A DNA stretch of 57,766 bases from Myxococcota bacterium. GTDB taxonomy: Bacteria > Myxococcota_A > Polyangia > Polyangiales > Sandaracinaceae. Positions 49,820 to 57,766 of this stretch are shown here, in pieces (positions within the stretch are counted from its first letter, which is position 1; each line of letters starts with the position of its first letter). The translations under genes were made by a program, and so were the position numbers. The stretch covers positions 1 to 57,766 of the forward strand of contig JAYZQJ010000157.1 of NCBI GenBank assembly GCA_036149055.1, in the 5' to 3' direction. Under the pieces are notes generated by a model. It ran no database searches, was not told the origin of the DNA, and saw only the letters and a program-made list of their open reading frames with translations.

Positions 49820-52409
49820 CCGCGGCGAGCGCGTCGCGCAGCTGCGCCCGCGACATCGGCTTCACCACGTGACGGTCGAAGCCGGCGTCGAGGGCGCGCT
49901 CCACGTCGCGCGCCATTCCGTAGCCGGTGAGCGCGACGAGGAACAGGTCGCGGCCGGCGCGGCGCGTCTCGCGCGCGATCTCGTAGCCGTCCTTGCCGGG
50001 CAGGCCGATGTCGACGAACGCGATGTCGAAGGTGTCGTTCGTCAGCGCGTCGAGCGCGGCGTGCCCCTCGAACGCCACCTCCACGTCGTGGCCCTCGCGG
50101 CGGAGCAGGGCCGCGAGCATCTCGGCCGCGTCCTCGAGATCGTCGACCACGAGGACCCGCAGCGGCCGCTGCGTCTCGCTCTCGGGCGCCAGGCTCGGGG
50201 CGCGCGCGCCCGCCTCGCCGCGGGGGAAGCGGAGGGTGAAGGTCGAGCCCACGCCGACCTCGCTCTCCACGTCGACGTGGCCCCGGTGGAGCTGCACCAG
50301 GGTCCGGACGATCGTCAGCCCGAGCCCGAGCCCCGACTGCGGGCGATCCAGGGTCCGCTCGCCCTGCTCGAAGATGTCGAAGATGCGGCCGGTCAGCGCC
50401 TCGGACATGCCGACGCCCTCGTCGCGCACCGAGAGCGCGTGCTCCGCCGCGCCCGGCTCCACGCCGATCCAGATCCGGCGGCCCGGGGGGCTGTACTTCG
50501 CGGCGTTGCTCAGCAGGTTCACCACGCACTGCTCGAGGCGGAGCGCGTCGCCGTCGACCCAGGCGGGCGCGGCGGGCAGCTCGCTGACGACGCGCATGCG
50601 TGAGGCCTCGAGGAGCGGCTGCGCGGTGACCAGGGCCGCCTGCACCACGTCCTGGAGCGCGACCGGCTCGTTGCGGAGCTCGATCAGCCCGCGCGTGACC
50701 CGCGAGACGTCGAGCAGGTCGTCGACGAGGTGGGTGATCGCGTCGAGCTGCCGCCGCACGATCTGGAGCGGCCGCCGCGGCTCCGGCTGATCGGTGACCA
50801 GCGACTCGAGGAGCGACGTCGCGTTGCTGATCGAGGCGACCGGGTTTCGCAGCTCGTGGGCGAGCATCGCGAGGTACTCGTCCTTGCGCTGCGCCGCCTC
50901 GGTCGCGGCCGCCGCGCTCGCCTCGCTGGCCTGGCGGGCCCGGACCTGATCGGTGACCTCGTGGCAGAAGGCCATCACCCGATCGACCGATCCCTCGTCG
51001 GTCGAGAGGGGGGCGTAGACGAAGGTCCAGAAGGTCGTCTCCGGGGCGCCGCCGCGCTCGCGGACCAGCTCGACCGGCATGTCGCGGCCGACGAAGGGCT
51101 CGCCGGTCGCCATCACCTCGCGGATCAGCGCGTCGAAGCCCTGCCCGACCAGCTCGGGCATCGCCTCGAGCAGCGGCTTGCCGACGAGCTCCCGCCGGCC
51201 GGTGAGCACGCCGTAGAGCGGGTTGGCCATCTCGAAGACGAGGTCCGCGCCGCGGATGACGGCGATCGGCACCGGCGCCTGATCGAAGAGGTCGTAGACG
51301 AGCCGCTGGGCCCGAGCCCGCAGCCGGGCGTTCTCCAGGGCGCGCCCCACGCGGCTCGAGAGCGCGCGCGAGGAGAAGGGCTTCACGAGGAAGTCGTCCG
51401 CGCCGGCCTCCACCGCCTCGAGGCGCGTCTCCTCGTCGGTGCGGGCGGAGATGAGGACGAAGGGGAGGGTGGCCAGGCCGGGGGTCTGCCGCACGCGCCG
51501 GAGCAGGGTCAGGCCGGAGACCGGCGTCATGACCACGTCGGCCACGACCACGTCGGGCGGGCTGCGCTGGATCGAGGCCCACGCCTGCTCGCCGCCGTGG
51601 GCCTCGTCGACGACGTAGCCGCCGTGGCCGAGCACGAACGAGATGTACTCGCGCATCTCGTCGTCGTCGTCGACGAGCAGGACGCGCCCGCGCTCGGCGC
51701 CGGCCAGGGAGTCGGTGACGCCGGCCGGAGGCTCGGAGCGCGGCCCGTGCCACTCCCGGGCGACGGTCGCGAACTCGCGCGCGAGGCTCGAGGTGAGCGG
51801 CTGGGCCGGCGCCGGCGGCACGCTGTGGCGCGGCGCGTCCGAGGCCGGGGCCCGCAGGGTGAGCGCGCCCGGCGCAAGCTCGACGTCGGCGCCCGCCCGA
51901 CGGGCCAGGAGCAGCGCGGTCGCGAGGTCGGCGCTCCGGGGCTCGGGGCCCTCGCTCGGCCAGGCGAACGAGAGCGCGATCGCGTCGGCCTCGCGCCTCA
52001 GCGTGAGGCTCGGCTGGCGCTGGTGCACCGCGAGGTGGGTGAGCAGATCGGCGAGGATGCGCTCCCAGGTCTTCGGCTCGCCGTCGACGACGCAGGCCTC
52101 GCCGGGCGCGTCGAGCGACGGCGTTCCATCTCCGAAGGCCCCCGCGAACCCCGCCACCACCCGCGCCGTGAGCTCCGACAGGTCGACGCCGTCGGGCGTC
52201 GCGCGCGGCGCTTCGGCCGACTGCTGCAGCAGATCCGCCACGTGGGTGACCCGGCGCATCGCCTGCCGAGCGCGCTCGAGCTGCGCGAGCGCCTGCGGAT
52301 CCTGAGCCAGGCGACCCGTCAGGGCGTCGAGCGGACCCGCCCCCACCTGCGCGTGGCTGCGCAGCTCTTCGGCCATCAGTCGGGCGAGCGCGTTCTCGTC
52401 GTCGGCCAT
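49809..52409 (-). CDS. Hybrid sensor histidine kinase: degenerate kinase - REC - PAS - HisKA - HATPase - REC (alternative start 52427)
   Basis: LLVDDD/ADVVM/KPF; LAHELRNP; NLLSNAAKY; GLGLGL; VDIGLP. Confidence 0.9.
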   Translation of the reverse strand: MADDENALARLMAEELRSHAQVGAGPLDALTGRLAQDPQALAQLERARQAMRRVTHVADLLQQSAEAPRATPDGVDLSELTARVVAGFAGAFGDGTPSLDAPGEACVVDGEPKTWERILADLLTHLAVHQRQPSLTLRREADAIALSFAWPSEGPEPRSADLATALLLARRAGADVELAPGALTLRAPASDAPRHSVPPAPAQPLTSSLAREFATVAREWHGPRSEPPAGVTDSLAGAERGRVLLVDDDDEMREYISFVLGHGGYVVDEAHGGEQAWASIQRSPPDVVVADVVMTPVSGLTLLRRVRQTPGLATLPFVLISARTDEETRLEAVEAGADDFLVKPFSSRALSSRVGRALENARLRARAQRLVYDLFDQAPVPIAVIRGADLVFEMANPLYGVLTGRRELVGKPLLEAMPELVGQGFDALIREVMATGEPFVGRDMPVELVRERGGAPETTFWTFVYAPLSTDEGSVDRVMAFCHEVTDQVRARQASEASAAAATEAAQRKDEYLAMLAHELRNPVASISNATSLLESLVTDQPEPRRPLQIVRRQLDAITHLVDDLLDVSRVTRGLIELRNEPVALQDVVQAALVTAQPLLEASRMRVVSELPAAPAWVDGDALRLEQCVVNLLSNAAKYSPPGRRIWIGVEPGAAEHALSVRDEGVGMSEALTGRIFDIFEQGERTLDRPQSGLGLGLTIVRTLVQLHRGHVDVESEVGVGSTFTLRFPRGEAGARAPSLAPESETQRPLRVLVVDDLEDAAEMLAALLRREGHDVEVAFEGHAALDALTNDTFDIAFVDIGLPGKDGYEIARETRRAGRDLFLVALTGYGMARDVERALDAGFDRHVVKPMSRAQLRDALAAVSP

Positions 52410-52462
52410 CTCGTGCGCCCGGATCATGCCACGCCGGGCGAGGTTGCTACGATTGTCCGGCA

Positions 52463-53341
52463 ATGGGATCAGCGGTCAGCATCGACGGGGCGCTCGTGGA
52501 TCCGGGCGCCGCCTCCATCCCGGTCCTCGACCGGGGCTTCCTCTACGGCGACTCGGCGTTCGAGGTCACGCGCACCTACGGCGGGCAGCCGTTCGCGCTC
52601 GGCCTCCACCTGCAGCGCCTCCGTCACAGCTGCGCGCAGCTCGAGATCCCCATCGACGTGGACGACGCCACGCTGCGCCGCGAGGTGCGCGAGGTCCTCG
52701 ACGCGGCCGGCAACGAGGAGGCGTACGTGCGGGTGGTCGTCACCCGCGGCGTGACCGCGCTCGGGCTCTCGCTCGAGGGCGAGGTGCGCTCGCGCCGGGT
52801 GATGGTGGCCGCGCCGCTCAAGCGCCACGACCCGAAGCTCTGGGAGGAGGGCGGCGCGCGCGCCACCGTCGCCATCTCGCGCTCGCTCGACGGGACGAGC
52901 GCGGCGGGCGTGAAGGCGTCGAACTACCTGCCGAACATCCTGTCGCTGGCCGCGGCGAACCGGCGCGGCGCGTACGAGGCGATCAGCGTGGCCGGCGGCG
53001 GCGAGCTGCTCGAGGGATCGACCTCGAACCTCTTCCTGGTGCACGGGGGCGAGGTGAGCACGCCGCCCCTGAGCGTCGGCATCCTCGGCGGCATCACGCG
53101 GCGGCTGGTCATCGAGGCCGCGGCGGAGGACGGCGTGACGATCCGGGAGCGCCTGCTCTTCCCGCCCGATCTCTACCGCGCGGACGAGGCGTTCATCACC
53201 TCGAGCACCCGCGAGGTGGTGCCGATGGTCCGCGCGGACGGCGTGCCGCTCGGCGACGGCCGCCCCGGACCCATGACCCGCCGACTTCACGCCGCTTTTC
53301 GGCGACGGGCCGACGCGCTCCTGGCCGAAGAGCGGGTTTGA
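52463..53341 (+). CDS. Class IV PLP aminotransferase (BCAT/ADC lyase family)
   Basis: DRGFLYGDSAFE, KASNY, EGSTSNLF, ILGGITR, EAFITSS. Confidence 0.93.
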   Translation: MGSAVSIDGALVDPGAASIPVLDRGFLYGDSAFEVTRTYGGQPFALGLHLQRLRHSCAQLEIPIDVDDATLRREVREVLDAAGNEEAYVRVVVTRGVTALGLSLEGEVRSRRVMVAAPLKRHDPKLWEEGGARATVAISRSLDGTSAAGVKASNYLPNILSLAAANRRGAYEAISVAGGGELLEGSTSNLFLVHGGEVSTPPLSVGILGGITRRLVIEAAAEDGVTIRERLLFPPDLYRADEAFITSSTREVVPMVRADGVPLGDGRPGPMTRRLHAAFRRRADALLAEERV

Positions 53342-53366
53342 CTCGCGGCGCGGTTGGGTTTAAACC
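53338..53366 (+). promoter_or_regulatory. sigma70-type promoter
   Basis: TTGACT-N17-TAAACC, 51 nt upstream of ATG 53418. Confidence 0.6.
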
Positions 53367-53417
53367 CCGTGCCCTTTCCGGGCGGCCGGTGTCGCCCCTC
53401 TCACCTGCGAGACCCAC

Positions 53418-53576
53418 ATGTCGTCGAAGACCCAGAAGACCGAGCGCCGCCGTCAGATCCGCCAGAAGACCGCGGGCAAGAAGAGCAAGGCGCAGCGCGC
53501 GAAGCAGGGCACGCCCAAGTTCCCGATCGACCCCAAGAAGGCCGGTCCGGACTCGGCCGAGAAGCTGTCCAGCTGA
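53418..53576 (+). CDS. Small highly basic protein (52 aa), not in ORF track
   Basis: MSSKTQKTERRRQIRQKTAGKKSKAQRAKQGTPKFPIDPKKAGPDSAEKLSS; nearly all codons end in G/C; fills the gap up to the convergent gene's stop. Confidence 0.75.
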   Translation: MSSKTQKTERRRQIRQKTAGKKSKAQRAKQGTPKFPIDPKKAGPDSAEKLSS

Positions 53577-55727
53577 TCAGCCGGCCGGGCAGTTGAACTG
53601 CACGGTCAGATCGCGGATCGACGGGCTCGACATCTCGTCGTCGCTGATCAGGCTGATCTCGAGCTCCATGAAGCGCCGCTGGGGCACCGGCCCCGGCGGC
53701 AGCGCGAAGTCCGTCGGCCGCACCGTGAACGGGCCGGTCCAGGTCGCGCTCCCGAGGTCCAGCTCGCGGTCCGCGGTGCGCACGCGCACCTCCACCCGGC
53801 TCCCCGGCGGCACCGTCGCGTCCCAGTCGAGCCGCTCCCACTCGGTCGGCCCGAACGCGCACCCCGGCACCACCGCGCGCATGAAGCCGTTGGGCGCGGT
53901 GAAGGTGCGCAGCGCGAAGCCGGTGAAGTCCGAGTAGGTGTAGGGGCTGACGCCGGTCGCGAAGTCGCGCGCCGCGCCGGTGGTCGGATCGATCCGGGTG
54001 GCGGTGGAGCTGTCCTGGTTCACCAGCCAGACCATGCCGGAGGAGTCGAGCCCGACGCCGGTGGACCCGAGGCCCGGGAGCGGCGCCGACGGGGTCCCGA
54101 TCACGCGCAGGCCCCGGCCGGTGTCGGCGTCGAACATCGTCAGCCGGCTGATCGGCGGCGAGACGTCCACCCCGCCGCCCGGCAGGAAGCGGAAGTAGGT
54201 GTGGGAGCTCGCGAGGTAGATGCGGCCCATGCCGTCGGCGGCGATGCCGCGGGTGACGCCGCTGTCGGGGAGGGGCACGTCGAACCACCGCGAGGCCACC
54301 GGGTCGAACCGGAAGGCGGCCTCGCACAGGAAGCCGGCGACCCACACCCGGTCGCGCGAGTCGATCGCGATGCCGTAGGAGCTCGAGCAGTCCGTCCCGC
54401 GCATCGCCGCGGTCTCGATCGAGCCGAGCGCGCCGGTCGACGCGTCGACGCTGATGATCGAGCCCGACGCCGACTCGACGAACCAGACGTTGCCCCGGCT
54501 GTCGGCGGCGGCGCCGTAGGGGCGGAAGCCGCTGAAGGGCGAGGTGCGCGGGAGGCGCACGGTGCGGAGCACGGCGCCGGTGTTCGGGTCGAGCTGCACC
54601 ACGCTGCTGTCGTCGTGGAGCCCGACCCAGACGGTGCCGGCGGCGTCGATGGCGATCGCGCGGGGCACGTCGTTGCGGCTCCCGACGTCGACCGTCCAGA
54701 GGATGCACTCGTCCATCTGGCCGAGGAACTCGCCGGGCACCGAGCGCTCGATCCGCCCGTTGCCGTTCATGTCCCGGCTGGTGTCGATGACGCCGTTGCC
54801 GTTGCGGTCGACGCAGTCCGACTCGAAGCCCGCGATCTTGGTCACCGTGCCCTGGTTGAAGAAGGCGCGGTTGGCGACGTAGACGGCGCCTCGCAGGTCC
54901 ACCGCGGTGCGGCTCGGGCAGTTGCCGCCCGCCGAGTCGGTCTCGCAGCGCTCCCCCGGGGGCTGGCCGCCGTTCGTCCCGTCCAGCAGGACGGCGTCGT
55001 ACTCGGCGCTCTGCGTCCCGGTGCGGGTGTCGAGCTTGCTGATCGTGCCGAAGAGGGTGTTCGCGATCCACGCGAAGTAGGTCTCGGTGCGGGTGCTGCT
55101 GAGCCGGAGCGAGCCGTCGGGGGCCTCCTCCACGCCCCCGCTGTTCATGCCGGTCGGGTTCCAGCCGCCCGCCCCGGGCACGACGACGCGGTTGCACCCC
55201 GGGCGGCAGTCGTCGCACGGCGAGCGGACCCCCTCGTCGGTGGACGCGTCGCAGTCGTTGTCGATGTCGTCGCAGACCTCGGCGCGGGCCGGAGATACGA
55301 GCGGGTTCGAGTCGTCGCAGTCCCCCTCGCAGGCGCCCACCCCGTCGCCGTCGTCGTCGCGCGGCTCGGGCACGTGCGTGCACTCGTCGAGGTCCGCGTC
55401 GCAGGAGTCGATCGTGCACTCGTCCCCGTCGTCGCAGTCCGGCGCGTCGCCGGGCAGACAGCTCGCGGTGGTCGGATCGCACCGCTCCTCGCCGTTGCAG
55501 AAGACCTCGTCGGTGCAGGGGCCCCCGCAGATGGCCGCGTCCACTCCGCCGCCGTCGCGGGGCCCTGCGTCCCGCAGGCCTCCGTCGCGCAGCCCCGCGT
55601 CACGCGTCGTCGAGACGCCCGAGTCCGCCGCCTCGCGCGGCACGTCGAGGCCCGAGCGCGTCCCGCACCCCAGCGCCCCGAGCGTCGCCACCCCGAGCAC
55701 CGCCACACCCATCACCCAGCGCATCAC
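53577..55727 (-). CDS. Lipoprotein with Cys/Asp-rich repeats and Vgb/NHL-like beta-propeller
   Basis: Lipobox ALGC, CDDGDECTIDSC, DCDD..EVCDDIDNDCD, WIANT..PSRTAVD..VANR, PYTYSDFTG; GTG 55727 after TACATT-N6. Confidence 0.8.
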   Translation of the reverse strand: MMRWVMGVAVLGVATLGALGCGTRSGLDVPREAADSGVSTTRDAGLRDGGLRDAGPRDGGGVDAAICGGPCTDEVFCNGEERCDPTTASCLPGDAPDCDDGDECTIDSCDADLDECTHVPEPRDDDGDGVGACEGDCDDSNPLVSPARAEVCDDIDNDCDASTDEGVRSPCDDCRPGCNRVVVPGAGGWNPTGMNSGGVEEAPDGSLRLSSTRTETYFAWIANTLFGTISKLDTRTGTQSAEYDAVLLDGTNGGQPPGERCETDSAGGNCPSRTAVDLRGAVYVANRAFFNQGTVTKIAGFESDCVDRNGNGVIDTSRDMNGNGRIERSVPGEFLGQMDECILWTVDVGSRNDVPRAIAIDAAGTVWVGLHDDSSVVQLDPNTGAVLRTVRLPRTSPFSGFRPYGAAADSRGNVWFVESASGSIISVDASTGALGSIETAAMRGTDCSSSYGIAIDSRDRVWVAGFLCEAAFRFDPVASRWFDVPLPDSGVTRGIAADGMGRIYLASSHTYFRFLPGGGVDVSPPISRLTMFDADTGRGLRVIGTPSAPLPGLGSTGVGLDSSGMVWLVNQDSSTATRIDPTTGAARDFATGVSPYTYSDFTGFALRTFTAPNGFMRAVVPGCAFGPTEWERLDWDATVPPGSRVEVRVRTADRELDLGSATWTGPFTVRPTDFALPPGPVPQRRFMELEISLISDDEMSSPSIRDLTVQFNCPAG

Positions 55728-55768
55728 GGCAGCAATGTAGCACCGGGCGCGCGGCGCCGATCCGCCGG

Positions 55769-56923
55769 TCAATGCAACGTGTGCGAGCGACCGTCGTGCT
55801 CGACGGTGGGGATGCCGCTCTCGCGCCCCCGAGGCTCGGGCGGCATGACGTAGAGCACCTCGTGCTCGGCGTCCGGCACGGTCGGGGAGGGCCCGGCGGT
55901 CGTCGACGAGGTCCGCGAGGCGAGCACCGCGTGAGCGGCGGCGTCGGCGGCGCGCTCCTCCTCGTCCCACTCCTCCATCTTGGCGCGGTCCTTCCGCTTG
56001 CGGCGCGCGTAAGCGAGCACGATGAGGAAGGCCGCGAGGACCCAGAGGGTGCCGCTCCCGACGAGGAGCGGGAGCGCCTGGAAGCGCTCCGACAGGCTGG
56101 CGTGCCACTGCTCCTCGAGCTCGGTCATCGTGACCGAGTAGGTGCGCTCGAGCGCGGTCTGGAAGGACTGGCCGTCGCGGAGGCGGCGGACGACCTGCCG
56201 GAACTTCTGCTCGCCGGAGTCGCGCGCGAGCAGCCAGCGGACGAAGTCGGCGCTCTGGGCGTAGGCGAGGTTCACGCCGTGCGGGGTGCTCGGGAAGCCG
56301 CGCTCCAGGCGCTCGAACGGGAGCAGCCGGCCGCCGACCGTGCCGCCCCAGAGGGCGCGGGTGCGCTCGAGGCTCTTCTCGCGGGCCTGGTGAATGGCGA
56401 CGCCCTCGCTGAACCAGCGCGGGATCGGGTTTCCGTCGACCGCCCGGTGGAGCGCGACGTGCGACAGCTCGTGCACGAGGACCGAGTCGACGTCGGGCCG
56501 CTGCCAGGTCTCGGGCGCGGCGAGGGTGAGCAGGATCAGGCCGCGCGCCGGGTACGCCACCCCGCTCGCGTAGGCCGGCGGGGGCGCGCCGCGAGGGGCC
56601 AGGGCGCGCATCTCCTCGGGGTTCCGGCCGATCCGGATGATCAGCGGCCCGTCGGTGTCGCCGCCGAGCTCGCGGGTGACGCGGGGCCAGTGCTCCTCGT
56701 AGACCTCCTGGAGCTCGTGCGCGACCTCGGAGGCCTGGTCCGGGAACTCCCAGCGCACGTCGCCGCGGCGCTCGGCCACGTAGCCCTCGGGCGCGTCGGG
56801 CAGCGCGAGCACCGCGTCGCCCTCGTCCAGGGAGGCCACGTCCCCGGCCGGGGCGTCCGCCATCGCGGAGAGGGGGCTCGACGCGAGGAGCAGCAGAGCC
56901 AGGAAGGCGACGCGTCGGGCCAT
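55769..56923 (-). CDS. Peptidase MA-family metallohydrolase with C-terminal TM anchor
   Basis: HELSH...PRWFSEGVA, AYAQS; signal peptide; TM helix followed by RRKRK. Confidence 0.85.
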   Translation of the reverse strand: MARRVAFLALLLLASSPLSAMADAPAGDVASLDEGDAVLALPDAPEGYVAERRGDVRWEFPDQASEVAHELQEVYEEHWPRVTRELGGDTDGPLIIRIGRNPEEMRALAPRGAPPPAYASGVAYPARGLILLTLAAPETWQRPDVDSVLVHELSHVALHRAVDGNPIPRWFSEGVAIHQAREKSLERTRALWGGTVGGRLLPFERLERGFPSTPHGVNLAYAQSADFVRWLLARDSGEQKFRQVVRRLRDGQSFQTALERTYSVTMTELEEQWHASLSERFQALPLLVGSGTLWVLAAFLIVLAYARRKRKDRAKMEEWDEEERAADAAAHAVLASRTSSTTAGPSPTVPDAEHEVLYVMPPEPRGRESGIPTVEHDGRSHTLH

Positions 56924-56952
56924 CGAGGAGCAGACCTCCGGAGATGCGGAGG

Positions 56953-57766
56953 TCAGCGACCCCCGGGCACGAAGCGTAGCACCGGCTGGTCGGGCGCGTC
57001 AGCCGCGCTGGTCACGGCGATCGCGGTGATCATGCCGCCGAGCAGCAGGGCTGCCGCGAAGTACGGCCAGTACTGCTCGAAGAAGCCGGGCTCGCCCTCC
57101 TCCTCCTCCGGGGACGGGGCGAGCGGGTCGGGGCGGGCCTCGGCGCTCTCGGCGGCGACCTCGGCCGGGCTCGGCGCGGCGGGCGTGGTCACCCGGGCGC
57201 GGCGGCCGACGAAGCGCGCGACGCGGCGCTCGGGCACGTCCTCGGTGAGCTGCAGCCGCCCCTCGTAGAAGGCGCGCGCCCGGACGTCGAGCACGACGAG
57301 CTCGGGCCCGTCGTCGGCCAGGCGCACCACCGCCACCGCCCGGGCGCCCGCGCGGCGGCCGAGCTGGGCCAGGATGGGGGCGTCGTGGGTCTCGCCCAGG
57401 CCGAGGCGGCGGCGCTCGCGGCGGATCTCGGAGAGGCCGTCGTCGTCTTCGCCCGGCTCACCGCGGAGCGCGCGGCGCAGGCCGGGGTCGAACGGGCGGG
57501 AGAGCGGCGCGGTCAGGGAGGCGTCGACCCGCGCGGCCAGAGCCCGGAGGGGAGGAGAAGGATCACCGACCAGGATCACGGCGACGGTGGAGCCTCGAGC
57601 GGCGGCCGGCTCGGGCGGCGCTTCCGGTGCCGGGTCCGCGTCCGCTGCCGAGTCCGCTGCCGAGTCCGCTGCCGAGTCCGCTGCCGAGTCCGCTGCCGAG
57701 TCCGCTGCCGAGTCCGCTGCCGAGTCCGCTGCCGAGTCCGCTGCCGAGTCCGCTGCCGAGTCCGCG
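56953..57766 (-). CDS. Hypothetical membrane-anchored protein, 5' end outside the window
   Basis: Frame is open from the window edge through (ADSA)n into VAVILVGD...[12 protein letters not shown]. Confidence 0.7.
   Translation of the reverse strand, partial: ADSAADSAADSAADSAADSAADSAADSAADSAADSAADSAADADPAPEAPPEPAAARGSTVAVILVGDPSPPLRALAARVDASLTAPLSRPFDPGLRRALRGEPGEDDDGLSEIRRERRRLGLGETHDAPILAQLGRRAGARAVAVVRLADDGPELVVLDVRARAFYEGRLQLTEDVPERRVARFVGRRARVTTPAAPSPAEVAAESAEARPDPLAPSPEEEEGEPGFFEQYWPYFAAALLLGGMITAIAVTSAADAPDQPVLRFVPGGR
57640..57765. repeat. Perfect 12-bp tandem repeat GTCCGCTGCCGA x10.5
   Basis: Directly visible; encodes (ADSA)n on the - strand. Confidence 0.97.

Noticed and set aside
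57640..57765. Tandem repeats (also 25284-25406 and 7076-7120) as CRISPR arrays
   Set aside because: No spacers, units are multiples of 3 within coding frames, and no cas genes are present.

Overview
Very GC-rich, densely coding bacterial chromosome segment. MYXO-CTERM proteins, Cys-rich lipoproteins with DAG linkers and an AgmK-sized TPR protein point to Myxococcota, probably Polyangiales/Sandaracinaceae-like (inference). Housekeeping blocks are deoC-ALDH16, cls, yceD-rpmF-fabG-acpP-fabF-rpiB, nfi, arsC-family, M18 aminopeptidase, HMG-CoA lyase and a class IV aminotransferase. A complete sigma54 RtcR/RtcB/RtcA RNA-repair locus, a 3790-aa TPR protein, a hybrid histidine kinase and many secreted proteins or lipoproteins lie among them. 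The ORF track misses a partial Rpn-family nuclease at the left edge and a 52-aa basic protein with its own sigma70 promoter. Signals not explained by gene calls: (i) two related multi-hairpin DNA elements, one of which (110 bp, TTC-flanked) frameshifts a DUF4132-like gene; (ii) a TAnnnT hexamer 6-7 nt before the start codon of at least ten genes, suggesting pervasive leaderless transcription, including a 28-bp back-to-back promoter; (iii) a few pseudo-enzyme domains and unusual domain fusions. I found no rRNA, tRNA or CRISPR array. All family calls come from motif recognition by eye, without database searches.
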